A DNA stretch of 64,000 nt, taken from assembly GCA_031835245.2 (NCBI GenBank), contig JAVKOQ020000021.1:124001-188000 (forward strand), in the 5' to 3' direction. A model generated the notes under the pieces. The model made no database searches. It had not been told where the DNA came from and saw nothing but the letters and a program-made list of their open reading frames with translations. How positions within the stretch are numbered: the first letter of the stretch is position 1; every line of letters begins with the position of its first letter. The position numbers and the translations under genes are program-made. This stretch comes from Balamuthia mandrillaris. Lineage: Eukaryota. Of this stretch, positions 1 through 13,097 are shown piece by piece.

Positions 1-1249
1 GAACGAAGCTCTTTCCATTGCGAACACACCCTTTACGTCGGGGGTTGTGTGTCTTTGGTTGATGAGCTGGGTTGTACTTTCAGGTGCGTTGCTATCTATC
101 TATTCTCCTGCGCCACAAGGGTCTCACGTTCTTCTTACTTGTTCCACTTTATACAGCGAATGTGACAGGGAAAGCGGAGTCTGTACCATCGATGAACTTC
201 GGGATCTTATTTGCCCGCCCGTTGTCTCTAACACAAACAACTCCACCGAGGATGGTTGCTTTAGCCTCGAATGCATCATCAAGGACGAATCCTGTGATAA
301 GGCTGGTCCACACGGAGGAGTTATCAACGATATCGTCTGCTCTGATGGAACGTGCGTTGCTATTGCCTCCGAATGTGACGCTTTGGCTCCTTCGGTGGTT
401 ACTTCTCTCTCTCGCAGCTTTGATCCGGATCGAACAGAAGGTTTGGATGTCCCTTTTCTTTCTGTGGAGAACGGAGAGTTTGTTGGAGCGGTTCAGGTGC
501 GACCTGGGTCCTTCATGAATGTAACAACAGTTTCGGTCAGTTCCACGTCGTTAGTGAAACTGAAAAGCTATTTGAACGAAAGTTTCAACTGGGAGAGACT
601 GCTGTCGAGTGTTGTTACGTTGGCGGCCTCTTCGAAAGAAGGACAAGAGCTTCTTCCCAATGAATTCTTGCAACCTGTTCTAGTTGCTTTCCGACCAACC
701 AAAGATGTCAATTTGGTACTTCTTCATCACTCTTGTTTTTATCTCTTCTTCTTTCATGTCTGTCTTCTCTACATTGCTCGTTTCGTGCTCATGTTCCCCT
801 CTTCGATCTCGTCTCTGCTGGGCTCTCTGCTCGTCTGCTCCGCTTCAGCTTTACTGCCTTCTTCGTGTTGGCTCTTCAGTCAGTACCTCACTTACATATC
901 TTCTTTCTAGACAGACGTGTGCGTTGCGTTCTTGAATGAAACTAGAGGAGAGTGGCAATGCTTACCCCAAACTGCCATTGCGAACCAGTACCCGCAAGTC
1001 TTTGCCGCTGAAACTCCCCATTTTACCGACTTTACTCTTCTGCTTACGGGAACGCCAAAGGAGGAAGAGGAGGACGGAGAAGAGGACAATGAAAACATGG
1101 CGCCTGTCATAGGCGGAGCCGTAGGCAGCGTTTGCTTTGTTGTTCTCTTGTTCGCAATTGCGTTGGCATTGATGTGGTATGTTCGAAGAGAAAAGAGGCT
1201 AAAGGGACATAAAGGAGCTGTTAACTTTGTTGGTGAAGATGGCCTATAA
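1..1249 (+). CDS. Cys-rich single-pass membrane protein with ZU5/GAIN-like region and GPS-like autoproteolysis motif (5' partial, spliced)
   Basis: Cys-rich segment (CSDGTCVAIASEC), GAVQVRPGSF, an intron ending at ttctag ~910, then CVAFLNETRGEWQCL...AETPHFTDFTLLL, an acidic linker, a TM helix (VIGGAVGSVCFVVLLFAIALALMWYV) and a short basic tail. Paralogous to the next gene. Confidence 0.65.
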
Positions 1250-2055
1250 TGTGAATACCTCTAGATTGTAAAGTTTTGTTCTTGATAAACAGACCCATAG
1301 CTGAACAGCAATGAGAGATATTCTAAACGATTTGATGTGAACCTGCCAGTTCCAGCATGCCAAACCAGCTGAAAACTTCTCCACTTTTTAAAAGATTATC
1401 TTTCAAAATGATAACCGTATCACAATGGTGAGGAAATGGAGGGCAAAGTAGGTGAATACAACAACGGGAGTCAACATTGGAGTTGGACTTGGGCGATCGA
1501 AAAAATGAGGAAGAATCAAACCCAGGGCCATAGCATGAAGTCGTGCCTCACTTTGGTATCACCCTCTCTCTCTTTTCGCTTGTTTTGTATGTTTTTCTTG
1601 CTTTTGCGGGGTGATAATGAACGGTGCCATCCGTTTAGCTTTTAAAAACACCCACACAAGGACTCATTAAAACTGATAAAGTACGTAAGAGGCGCCTTTG
1701 TTTAGAAGTCTGCAACGGGTCACACTAAAAGGAAGAGCCCTGGTAAGCGAGCGCGTCCGTGAAGCTTGTCGCATGCTGATAACTATTTTCAACCCTCTTT
1801 TGGCCTTTTAATGTAGCCTAAGATGGTGAACTGTTTAGTGAAAGCCCTAGGTGATCTCATTCATTCATTCATTCATTCATTTGTCATTTTTATCGTTTAT
1901 CGGCTTGCAATACTTCTCCTTGGTTTGTGTTTTCCCTTCAACCCTAACGATAGCCAAAAGGTGAAAAAAACTGTCTTGAGAGTAGAATACCAACAAAACT
2001 ATATATTTATTTATATCTCACAAACGCAACATCGTTACAGGTCACATTGAAAGCA

Positions 2056-3864
2056 ATGAGATCAACGGCAGTTTGTGTCGGGCTTGTTTTTTTTGGAGCG
2101 TTTCTCTCTTGGTTGGTTGCTGGGGAGATAGACTGGAAAACACAGACTTGTTCCGAGAAACAACTGCGTGATGGCTCGGCGAAGACTTGCTATCAGTTCT
2201 GCGACCACTGGAAGTTCATCGATCAACATCTTTACAAAACGTAAACGTTCTCTCTCTCTCTCTCTCTCTCCCCCCTCTTTCTCTTCTTTCAGCTGAGTGT
2301 ACTTCCTCGTGAATTCACTAGTTGCATTACCAATACCGTCCCTCCTTGTTTGGGTTGTCGACCAGCCACCAAGCTGATGGCCGAACCTCCTTCTTACATC
2401 GAACAATGCACTCTGTTCACGGGCTTCAGCTGCAGTTTCTTTGAGGTCAGCGACAGCTCAATGCACGGTAACACTCCGTCTTTATCTTTCGTTGTTTTTT
2501 TTATGGTTAGTTTAACAAAAGCGCCAACTATTTTCCAGTGTGGGATATGTACGCCTCGAAGGGTTGCCAAGCCCCAAATGGCTTTTTGTACAGTTTTAGT
2601 TCTCCGTGGTGTGTCTGCCTTCCCGGTTGGGGTGGACACGATTGTCAAACCGGTAACGTCTTCACGTTTGCTTTCGTCTGCATGTTCCGTTTTCTTTAGC
2701 TTTTTTATTTCCTCCATTCTTCGAGGCGCATGTTCTTCACTGTTCTTATGTGTCTCGTTTTCTTTTTTTATGCCTGAAGAGAGAAGCATGGAATACTGCC
2801 ATAACGACACTCGTTATGTCGGAGGCTGCGCCAAAGCCTTTTCCGACGTTAAGTGCGGCGAGATAAGGTCTTTGCTGTTCTCTTCTGGATAATGCTTTCG
2901 CTTCTCGTTTTTGACTCGTGTCTCTCTCTTCTCGCATTGTAAAACGACAGCAAGGAGGTTGTTGCATGCGAAGGAACCAACATGTGCGCACCCAGCAACT
3001 TCTGCCCCCCAAAGGTGACTGGAGTGCTGGACTCCAACGCATGCTACACCCCCCAGTGCCTCCTGAACGACCCCTCCTGCTTCTCTCCATCCGAGGACCT
3101 GTTCCACTGTGCGGACGGAACATGCGCCAAGGAGGCATCGGAATGCGAGCACCTGGTCTCCCCCATCATCACACCTCTCACCAAAGTCTACCACATGGGC
3201 CAAAAGGAGGATCTCACCATTCCTTTCCTGTCCTACGACAAAGGGGTGTTTGCGGGAGCTCTCCGGATCCCGCCCGGAACGTTCAAGCAGAACACCATCC
3301 TCTCGGTGCAGCCCATGCGCTATGGAGAGGGGGATCTCTATTTCTCCTACCCCGACTACTATGCCGATTACGTGGTGTACCGGGCCATCGTTTCAAGCAC
3401 CCTTTCGCTGAACGCATCCTTTGAGATGGGCGGCAGAGAGCTGGAGGCGGACGAGTTCCACGAGCCCATTGAGATCTATTTTCAGGCCTCACGAGATGTC
3501 CAAAAGGTGCTTCCTCTCTTCCTGCTCGTCTTTTCGTCGTTCTTGTTCTCTTCACAAAAGCTCTTAGTAGTGTTATTTCTGATATCGTTGTCAGGGCGAG
3601 AGAGCCTGTGTAGCGTACTTTGATGAGGAGCTAAGCGCATGGGTTTGTTTGGACGATACTACGCTGGCAAGCGGCGATACATCTCCTCAAGTTTACTGCG
3701 GAGTCACGCACCACTTCACCAACTTTGCCCTTCTCATTGGCACCATTCCTGACAAAGAGGATGGCAACGACGGTGATGATGAAAGTGGTTTTGACTCTTC
3801 CTCGGAAGTGGGTTCGGAGGGTGTCTCAGGTGCCGTCCTGCTTCCTCCTGGACAACTGTGGTAA
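2056..3864 (+). CDS. Secreted/surface Cys-rich EGF-like protein with ZU5/GAIN-like region and GPS-like motif (multi-exon)
   Basis: Signal peptide MRSTAVCVGLVFFGAFLSWLVAG, EGF-like exons, CADGTCAKEASEC, GALRIPPGTF, and W-x-C...CGVTHHFTNFALL. No clear TM after the acidic linker; 3' end uncertain. Confidence 0.65.
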
Positions 3865-4026
3865 AAGACAAGAAGAACAGAACGAAGAACAGAAAGAAGA
3901 AAAAGAAGAAGAAGAAAAAGAAGAAGAAGAAGAAGAAGAAGAAGAAGAAGAAGAAGAAGAACAAGAAGAACAAGAACAAGAACAAGAACAATAATACGAA
4001 CAATGACTGTTTGTAAAAAATGTTCG

Positions 4027-4382
4027 TTACAGGTTGTTAAGTTTTTCTAAGGCAAGTTGAAGAGCATGCGTTCCTTTCTTTCCATGGCCTTGTGCTTTGA
4101 CCGCAAGATAAAGCTGTCTTGCTAAAGCCAAACCCGGAAGACTCAAGTTCATCTTTGCGGCTTCTTCCAAAGCTATTCCCATATCTATGTTGTTCGTTAA
4201 AAAGAGAAGTTAGTTGCTTTTTTTCTGTTTTCTGCTCCTTCAAGCGGCAGAAACATTACCTTTAAGAAAGTGGTCCACAAAGAAACCGGGATCAAAGTTG
4301 CGTTGAACAATGCGCGGCCCCAAGTTGTTTATGCTCCTTTTTGTTGTAACGAAAGAACAAAAGAATATAAAGATGAGGAGGT

Positions 4383-4417
<35 letters not shown>

Positions 4418-4686
4418 ACGAGGAAAAAGCTACCAGGAACCAGCGGCACCACTGCCGACGGCTTTGATGACGGTGTTCAGGTCCAACCCGGCCTTATGTC
4501 CATATATCAATCCTTCACACATTCCAATCTGATGTTTTTATGTGTTTTTTTTTTTTAACAAAATAAAGCCATTACAGCCTTGATACGAAAAGAGTAATGT
4601 TTTACAAACCATGTTGGTGGCAATGAGGATCTGGTTCACCATTTTTGTGTGTTGCCCTAATCAGAACAAAACACCTTAGTTACAAA

Positions 4687-4733
<47 letters not shown>

Positions 4734-5760
4734 GGGAGGAAGAGGGAGGAAGAGGGGGAGAGAGAGAACCCGAAGAAGGAGGGCCAACGTGCAAAATGTT
4801 GGTACCCATCAACTCAAACAGAGGTCGAATGCTATCGATGGCTTCTGCATCGCCTCCCGCCATTATGGACAACCGTCCTTCTCTTGCACCCACGTCCCCT
4901 CCTTTTAAAACGGCAATAATAAAAAAAGAAAGTAAGTGCAAGAAAGAAGGAATGATAAACAGGAAAATAAGTGCTAAATAGAAAAGAAAGACATACCAGA
5001 AACGGGAGCGTCAATGCTGTACACTTCTTGTTCCTTGGCTTTGTGATAGATGTGAAGAGCAAGAGACGGTTCGCTAGTGGTCATGTCGCAAATGATGCCT
5101 CGTTTACTAGCTTTTTCTCTTTGTTGCATGCCCGACAACACTCCATTCTCACCCAGTATTACTTCTCGTACTTAAAAACACAAATCAAAAGAAGTCAGCG
5201 AAGAAGAACGAAGAAAGAAGAAGAAAGAAGAAGAGAGAAGAGAGAAGAAGGAGGAGAAGAGAGAAGAACAAGAACAAGAACAAGAAGAAGAAAGAAGAAG
5301 AAGAAAGAACAACGAAGAAGAAGAAGAAGAAGAAGAACAAGAAGAAGAAGAAGAAGAAGAAGAAGAACAAGAACAAGAACAAGAACAAGAAGAATAACAA
5401 GAAGCAAAAGAAGGACACAAACGACAAGACTCACCATCGGAAGGAAAGCCCACCATCGTGAAAACAACATCAGAGCAAGCGGCCACTTCTCGAGGCGAGT
5501 CCACGATACGTGCACCCAGTTGCCTCAACGGCTCCGTCTTTGCTGCCGTCCTGCTGTAAACGGTGGCCGGATAACCAGCAGCCATGACCCGCTGACACAT
5601 ATGACGCCCCATCACTCTATATATTAGTGGTTTTTTTTTAAAAAAATGTTTAGTCTAGTTTTTTTTTTTTTGTTGTTGTTGTTGGTTGGTTTAGATAGAG
5701 CGAACGAACCCAGTGCCAATCCATCCAACACGAGTATCATTGGGGGACGCTTTTGATGAC
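4027..5760 (-). CDS. 3-hydroxyisobutyrate dehydrogenase-like / beta-hydroxyacid dehydrogenase (multi-exon; start not located)
   Basis: Exons read [14 protein letters not shown]...[15 protein letters not shown]...DMTTSEP...[22 protein letters not shown]...|KMVNQILIA|...[20 protein letters not shown]. These are hallmark motifs of the family. Confidence 0.88.
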
Positions 5761-6137
5761 TTTTTTTTATAAAAAAAAAAGGATATGTGATCCGATGGGA
5801 AAGGAAATTATTAAAAAAAATAGCGCACGTTGAAGCGAATTCCTCCGTTCAGGGTACTGAATGGAGTGTGTGGCGAAAGGAGGCGAACACCGCTTCGACC
5901 GCCTTGCTGATGTTGCACAAAGCCAAGGCCTTGGAGCCAATTCTTCATCTTTTTTGTTTTATTTGTTATTTGAAGAATGTGAATCATATAAATAATGTAT
6001 GGAACGCCAAGCATTTTTGGAATTTTTTTCTTTGCATCCTTTGCATTCTTATCATTCTTACAATAAATTTATTTTTGTTTTTTGTTTTTTTTTTTTTATT
6101 AACTTTTTATTTTTGTGCTTCTTATTCCTCACAGCTT

Positions 6138-8350
6138 CTAGTGTTGCCAAAGAGCTCGTCTTCTTCGCTGTGCCACTTGTTCTTGTTGCTGGTGCTGGTG
6201 GTGTTGTAGCCACTCATCAAGATTGCCAAACATCGCCAACCCTATTGATGTTTCAAAACAAACATGTACATTTAAAAAAAAGACATCAAAGCGAAAGAAA
6301 GAAACGAAAAGAAAGAAAAGAAGAACAAAGAAATGACAACAAATAAAGAGAGTCAGCAAAGGAAGAAATGTATTGTACGTACGAGGACCGCAGGCAATGC
6401 CATAACGAAAGCCGTAAAGGTCTACAACGCCAGAACCAGCATCCACCAGCCATTTCATGCCATGGCAGTGCCTCGCACAGTTCAATTGAGTGTGCGACTG
6501 TAAACAGAGAGGAGAGGAGAGGAGAGGAGAGGAGAGGAGAGAGAGAGGAGAGGAGAGGAGAGGAGAGGAGAGGAGAGGAGAGGAGGAGAGGGAGAGGAGA
6601 GGAGAGAGAGAGGAGAGGAGAGGAGGAGAGGGAGAGAGAGGAGAGGAGAGGAAGAGGAGAGAGAGAGGAGAGGAGAGGAGAGGAGAGGGAGAGAGGAGAG
6701 GAGAGGAGAGGAGAGGAGAGGAGAGGAGAGGAGAGGAGAGAAATAGCAACAGAGATAAAAGACACACAGAGCATACAGTAAAGAGTGAGCAAATACAATG
6801 TAAAAGGCACACCAGAAAAGAAAAGCAGGTGCAAATGAAAACAGGAATGGAGGCGGAAAATAGTGAAAGAAGAAAGAGAGAAACATACTCGGTAGAATAC
6901 ATTTGGAGTGACGTTGCTAGCTATCGGATGAACATTAGTATAAACCTCCGTAGTGATGTGCGGTTGAGAGGGTGGTGCGAGAGTGTACTGCGTCAAGCCT
7001 TTCCATAGCAGCATGTGACAAGTGTTGCACCATACGTCAATGCTTGGCATCATCTCTACTTCGTTCTCTTGTTCTTTTTTGTGATTGAGGGTTTTCTCTT
7101 CCGTCTCTGTTTCTTGTTGTGATTGAGCTTTTTCTCTCCAATCCATTCTTTTGACTCGTCTGTAGAATTGTTGAAGAGCGGAAGCGCCTTCTTCTTTTGT
7201 TTCTTCTTCATCACCCTCTTGTAATGGAACGTTTCTTCTTCTTTGCCGTTGAGTCTCTTCAGGGAAGTTGGTGGTTATGCTCTCTACCAGAGAGAACGGC
7301 GTGAGAGAGAGTTCTTGAAGCGAAGGAGCGTGAAGAAGGATGGATGCGTCTTTTACTCTCGGGCAGTCTTTCAAAACCAGCTTTTCAAGCTTTGGAAACG
7401 CAAACCGTGTTTCCTCTGCTGTATCATCTATCCTCATTTCTTCCTTTACTTTTTCTTTTTCTTGTGTTTCTTCCTCCTTCTCTCCCTCCTCTTCCTCCTC
7501 TTCTTCCTCCTCCTCCTCCTCCTCCTCCTCCTCCTTATCGTTCTTTCTTAGATGTTCATATTTTTGCAGTAGTTCGACGGAAAAGGAAGCTGCGGTGAGA
7601 AATGGACAACCACGGAGAACCAAATGACGCAACGTATTTTTGTTGTGTTGGGCAATCAAAGCCATCGTAGCGTCAGTCACAGTTACTGCCAATAGCACAT
7701 CCACCCATGTTAGGCTATGAGAGAGAAGCAGAGAAGCAGAGAAGCAGAGAGCGAGAGAATAACAGAGAAGCAAAGAGGCAAAGAGGCAACGAAGCCGAAA
7801 AGCAGAGAACCATAAACAGAGAAGCAGAGAACGAGAGAAGAAGAGAACGAGAGAAGAACAGAGAAGCAGAGAGGAAGACTCACTAACCGTAGCTAAGGTC
7901 CAAGCTGACCAAGCGATGAGGCGGCAGGCTCCACGAAGACTGAAACAAGAGGTGCAGCGCCTTGCTGGATATGCCACAACAGCCTCTCAACGACAGCCTC
8001 TGGCAAAGACTCGCTCGGCCCACCACCCCTTGCAATAGGGTTTCATCATTTACTTCCTGCAAACAACAACAACTACGATGTCAACAAGAGGAAAGAGAGA
8101 GAGAGAGAGAGAGAGAACAAACCTTGGAGCGTGTAGAAAGGTCGATGACCGGCCAAAGAGAAGGATGGTAGGCCCACACTTTCCACGACTGACAAACGGC
8201 AGCCGCCCTGGCCAGGTCGGCGGCGGTGTCCTGCAGGTGAGAGAATATTTCCAACAACGCCTCCGGCGGCAAACTATCAAACGGCGAAGAGTCATCCCAA
8301 GCAGCAGCAGCAGCAGCAGTCTCCCATGGCATGCCTCCCCCTTCTGCCAT
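6138..8350 (-). CDS. F-box/leucine-rich repeat protein with Cys/His-rich C-terminus
   Basis: F-box FDSLPPEALLEIFSHL...AAAVCQSWK...LW; LRRs LRHLVLRGCPFLT and LEKLVLKDCPRVKD; C-terminal WCNTC and CARHCH. Confidence 0.75.
6505..6740. repeat. (GAGGA)n-type intronic microsatellite
   Basis: Directly visible degenerate GAGAG/GAGGA array inside an F-box gene intron. Confidence 0.9.
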
Positions 8351-8617
8351 TCTTTTTTTTTTGTTTGTATCATGCACCATTTCTGAAAACTGACGTAGTT
8401 TTTTTCCAAATTAGTGAAAGTGACATCAGAAATTTACTTTAAATGGTATATGTCGACAATAAAATCTGTACAGCACGCGGAGAGAAGCAAGATCAAGAGA
8501 AGAAGAAAGGTGTTTCCATTGGGACTCGACGCGTTGTTGTTTCGGGAGGTCAGGATTGCATGCATCGTCCCCAGATGAATTCTTTGTTCCAACCACCTAA
8601 AAAAAATGGAACCAGTT

Positions 8618-9565
8618 TTACTCGACCGTCTGCCATGCGCGCACGGTTTCCCACTCCGTGTGGACCGTCTGCCCTCCCCAGGTGGTCTTCCTCAACCTCT
8701 TCTGCTCCTCGTGGAACTTGGTGGTCTTGGTGCCCGTCTGGACGTTCTCCGTGGTGTAGCGAGTGACCGTCTCCCAGACGGTCTTTTTCTTGCCAAAGAT
8801 TTTGCCCAGGTCGCCATCCCACTTCTGCCTCGGCTCCTGCACCTGGTAGGCCTTTTGCCGGGTGGTGATGATGGGGACGGTTTCCGTCTTGGCCACGACC
8901 TGACGCGTCTCTTCCTCGATCTTCTCGAACTGCGGATCCGCGTGGTTGAGGAGGTCGGTACGAAGCGGGGAGAGAGAGGCAATCCAATCCTTCAACCTGG
9001 TCAGCTCCTCCTCGTTCTGCGCGGTTGGGGCGTTGTCGTTGTTGTCGAGGAAGAAGCAAGGGATGAGCTCTTCTTGGGGAGGAACGGCCATTCCTGCAGC
9101 GGCGAGCATCTGCTTGAAGACATCGGTGACTTCCTGCTGCTTGCGCTGCTTGACCTCCTCTCTGGTGCGGAAGGAGTGGGTGAAGATGAAGCCCACGCTG
9201 CGGGGGAACTGGCTGCTTCGGAAGATGTAGCAGAACAGCTTCAGCATGTCCTTCAAGGAGGAGGAAAGCCTGGGGTCCTGATAGTTGAGCGCGATGAGGA
9301 CGCCGTGGATGGCCTGGCGGGACCGCAGGTAGACCACCAGCTTGTGGATGTGTTGGCTGTCCATGCCGTCGCTGTCGTTGATGCCTGGAGAGTCGATAAA
9401 GTGGATGGGGAGGCCCTTGAACACCCCATCATTTCCTATCGTCTCCTTGGTCTCTGAGCTGGGGTCGCTGGAGACGTTGAAGTGGTTTTGGCCTGTAATG
9501 GTGTTGCCTAGCGTGCTCTTTCCAACACCGGTGGAACTCAAGCTGACGACTGCCTTTCTATCCAT
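8618..9565 (-). CDS. AIG1/GIMAP-like (septin-like TRAFAC) GTPase, intronless
   Basis: G1 SSTGVGKSTLGNTITG, G2 SETKET, G3 IDSPGIND, G4-like FIFTH. Single uninterrupted ORF with GC3-rich codons. Confidence 0.85.
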   Translation of the reverse strand: MDRKAVVSLSSTGVGKSTLGNTITGQNHFNVSSDPSSETKETIGNDGVFKGLPIHFIDSPGINDSDGMDSQHIHKLVVYLRSRQAIHGVLIALNYQDPRLSSSLKDMLKLFCYIFRSSQFPRSVGFIFTHSFRTREEVKQRKQQEVTDVFKQMLAAAGMAVPPQEELIPCFFLDNNDNAPTAQNEEELTRLKDWIASLSPLRTDLLNHADPQFEKIEEETRQVVAKTETVPIITTRQKAYQVQEPRQKWDGDLGKIFGKKKTVWETVTRYTTENVQTGTKTTKFHEEQKRLRKTTWGGQTVHTEWETVRAWQTVE

Positions 9566-9882
9566 GGTCTCGTGCTTCTTTCCTTTCGTTGTGGTTTGTT
9601 TGTTTGTTTGTTTCGATGTTTGTAACACTCAAATGGAGAGAACAAAAATGAGTTTCATTTTTATCTTTGGCCAAAACAAAGATATAACCGTCAACGAACG
9701 TCAAACGAGGTGATTTACCAACCAATCAGCTGTTTGCTTTGAATATTTAGACACTGGACCAACCAAAAATCAAAAAGCAATGATCAATAATCGATAAAAA
9801 ATGTAACAATTAAAATAAAACAAAATAAATTTTTGGACAGAGAATAATCGTAATTTTCTCGAACGCTTTGCCTTCTCTTCTT

Positions 9883-12800
9883 TCACTCCTGCTGCAGCTG
9901 CTTCTCAAAGCCAGGCTGCCCTTCGGCCAACACGTTCTTCTGCACCCGATACTCGGCCTCATTCATCTTCCGCATGACCTCGTTCTGCTTCTGCAGCTCC
10001 CGCTCCAGCTCGATGATCTTCTGGGCCTGGTTCATCCTGGCCACCTTGTAGGCAGTGGAGGACATGGAGTTGAAGTTCATGGAGGAGACGGCCTCCGAGT
10101 CCTGCTTGGCGGCAGCAGCGCGCGCCGCCTCGACGAGCTTCTCGGTGGCGGTCCTCACCAGGCCTGAAGCGCGGACGAGGTGCTCCTGGTTCTTGCTGAA
10201 GGGATCGGCTTTGGCCTTGCTGGCGGCCACCAATTGGGCGGTAGCCTGAGCAACAGCCCTGCTGGCAGCAATCAAGCCGGCATCGTCAAGGGAACCCTCC
10301 ACGGTCTTACTGGCGGCGCCCACCAGCTGAGAGACGGCCATGGCCACAAACTTGGCGGCAGAGATGAGGCCCTCCGACCAGGTGGGGTCCCTCTTGTAGA
10401 CGCTGCTGTTGTTGGGGAGCTTGCCCTGGCGGACTCTCTCCTTCTGGCTTTCGGTAGCGGCGGCGACGAGCCTGGCGGCGGCGTCGGTGATGGCGGTGGC
10501 AGCATCGAGGATGGGTCCGGCCACATCGACGGCGCCCTCGGGAAGCTCCTTGGGTCGGGGCCTGGCTCGGGCGGCCATGAGATCCTTGGCGGCCTGCTCG
10601 ATGACCCTAGCGGCAGCAAGGAGCTCCTGCTCTGCCAGCTCCTCCAGGTCCTCCTGTGGCTCGTTGGAGGTAGCGGTCTGCTCCTCCTCCACGCGGCCGG
10701 CCACTTTCTCCAGCTCGGCAAGGATGCGGCGGATGATGTCGGAGCGAGCGGCCAGGTCCTTGATGTCCTTCCAGTCTTCCATGTTTTCCACTGAGTTAAC
10801 CAGCTCGTTAAGGAGCTCGGCCACGGAGCCTCCGGCCTCTCGGGCCATCTTCAGGATGAGTTCCCTCAGCTCGGGGTTCTCGGTGAGGTAGGACAGACCC
10901 TTGGCGTTGTTGAGGAGGTCCCTGTTGCGGTTGATGACAGCTTGAATGGCCTCCCGAATCTTGGTCTCGTCGCCGGAGGCCACGCTTTCCAGCAAGCGGG
11001 AAATCTCCTGGGCGAGGGCGTGGCTCGAGTCCATCAGGATCTGGGTAGTAGCGTTGGCATTGCCGGCGTTGGCAGGACTGTCCAGGTCGAACAGTAGCGT
11101 GTCCACCATCTTGTAGGCTCCATCCAACTCATTAACTGTATAAAAGAACAAAATACCTCACAACCATTAGATATAAGCACTAGTGGATGGAGAGAAAAAG
11201 AGAAAAACATACGCATGCGAGAGCGTCTTTCTTCATCGTGTTCTTCGATGAGGTTAGCAATCTTATCTTTGAGCTCGGCCTTCTCCCTCTCTAATTGTGC
11301 GTTTCTGTTCAACAAGAACCTGTTTTGTTCTGTGGACTCCAGTCAGGGGTGGTTGAAATATTACTTTAAACAAAAAAAAAAAAAGGATAAAAACCTTCTA
11401 GTTCGGCAACGCGCTTCTTGAGTGCTTCGTTTTCTTTGCGCAAATCCGAATCGTCTGCGAAAGGATTGAGGGGAGGTTGTGGCATCGGTTGTGGTTGAGG
11501 CACAAAGGCTGGTTGTGGAATCAACGGACGAGCGAACGGAGAAGAGAATGTGGTCCAGCCCTTCAAAAGAAGAAAAAAGAAAGCAGCAGTTAATAAAGAA
11601 TAAAATTGGAAAAGCCAAAAAAAATGCGAGCGAGAGAGAGAGAGAGAGAGAGAACAAGATCCTCACCTGTGGTCCTGTAGCTTGGTTGGACCTGGGCTCA
11701 AGAGGAAGATCAAACAAGGATGGTGCCTGTTGAACCTTGGGCTGAGGTTGTGGCTGCTCATGTTCACCATTTTCTTCATCCTCTTTCCTCTTCTTGGAGG
11801 GGGCTCTCTTTCGTCTCTGCCTGTCGCCTGCGCGTTGGCGAGGTTTGGCGAATTGGGGAGGATCTACGGGGAGCATTGGCACTGGGATTACTCGGGTGAT
11901 GGCTTGGATATTGTTGGCCTTGAAGTAAAAGTCGCGCAGATCCATGTATTGAGTGTAGTATCGTTTGGCCAAGAAGTCAAACAGTTCCATGTTGTCAATA
12001 GCTGGTAACAATTCCAAAAAAAATAGTTGGGTCAGTTTGACGTGGAGAGATGAGAGAGAGAGAGAGAGAGTGTGTGTGTGTGTGTGTGTGTACAATTGAT
12101 CAGTTGTTTCATAAAGTAAGTGATAACGCTGTAAATGGCATATGACTCCAAAACGCAGGGAATCAAGGCAAAGACTTCCAATTCGTTCAACAACTCACGA
12201 TGAGAAAAGATCAATTTCTCAAACTTAAGCAAGTTTTCTTGGTGATCCAACAAATGAGCAATCATCTCGAAGCTGCAGTAATTGTTGATGTTGATAAGGA
12301 ACCAACAATAAGTGAGAAACAGTTTGTAAAAACTTATTGAAAGACATGAACAGAATAACGCAAGCTAGAAAAGAATATATATACTGACCTCGTGTTGTGA
12401 TCCGGCAGTCGGTTATTGGTCTTGCGGAGAAAGGCTTCCAAAGAGATGTTACCATCAAAAACAGGATGTTTGTTGTGGAAACGAATCTTGCTGATCAGAA
12501 AGTCGATGTAGGCTACGTTTAACACGCCATAGCCGCCTAATGATCATTTTAAAAAGTTATTAAAATGACTCGCAACAAAAAGCAGAAAAGAGGGGCAAGA
12601 AACAAACCCATATCGCGAGCTCTGGCCCAGTTTGCTCTGAGATCCTCAAACATTCTCATTTCATAGGCGCTGTCTTTCAACACCTTTGAAACAAAAACAA
12701 ATAAACATAGAGGAGATGAGAAGGGGAGAGAGGGAGGGAGAGAGAGAGAGGGAGGGAGGGAGGGAGAGGGGGAGAGAGAGAGAGAAGAAATTACCTTGGG

Positions 12801-13097
12801 ATGGCCGTCCATCATCACTCTGTGAATGCAGTTGAGGGCTCTCCAGCACACAACCTGGTCCTTGAATACGGGGCGCTTGGCCACCTCGCGGTAGAAGCTC
12901 ACTCCTCCATGGACGTTGTGCGTCTCCAGCACCAGCCTGCGAATGTGCTTGGTCTTGGGCTGGAGCTCTTTGGACTCGGTGGCTTTGTACAGGGCACGAG
13001 GGAAGGTCACTTTGTACAGTTTGTCCGAGTTGAAGACGTTGATCCTTCCTGTTACGTGCGTTTGCACCTTCTCCATGGTGGTTGTTCTGGGTTTCAT
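9883..13097 (-). CDS. Sla2/HIP1-family endocytic adaptor (ANTH + coiled coil + I/LWEQ talin-like domain)
   Basis: N-terminal ANTH (KATESKELQPKTKHIRRL, VCWRALNCIHRVMMDGHP, KIRFHNKHPVFDG), an NPF motif, and a C-terminal I/LWEQ domain (YKRDPTWSEGLISAAKFVA, ATAQLVAASKAKAD). Confidence 0.9.

Noticed and set aside
5090..5135. Suspected frameshift in the dehydrogenase exon
   Set aside because: On recount the frame is intact ([19 protein letters not shown]).
8606..10891. Long plus-strand ORFs opposite the GTPase and Sla2 genes
   Set aside because: They are antisense shadows of GC3-rich coding sequence.
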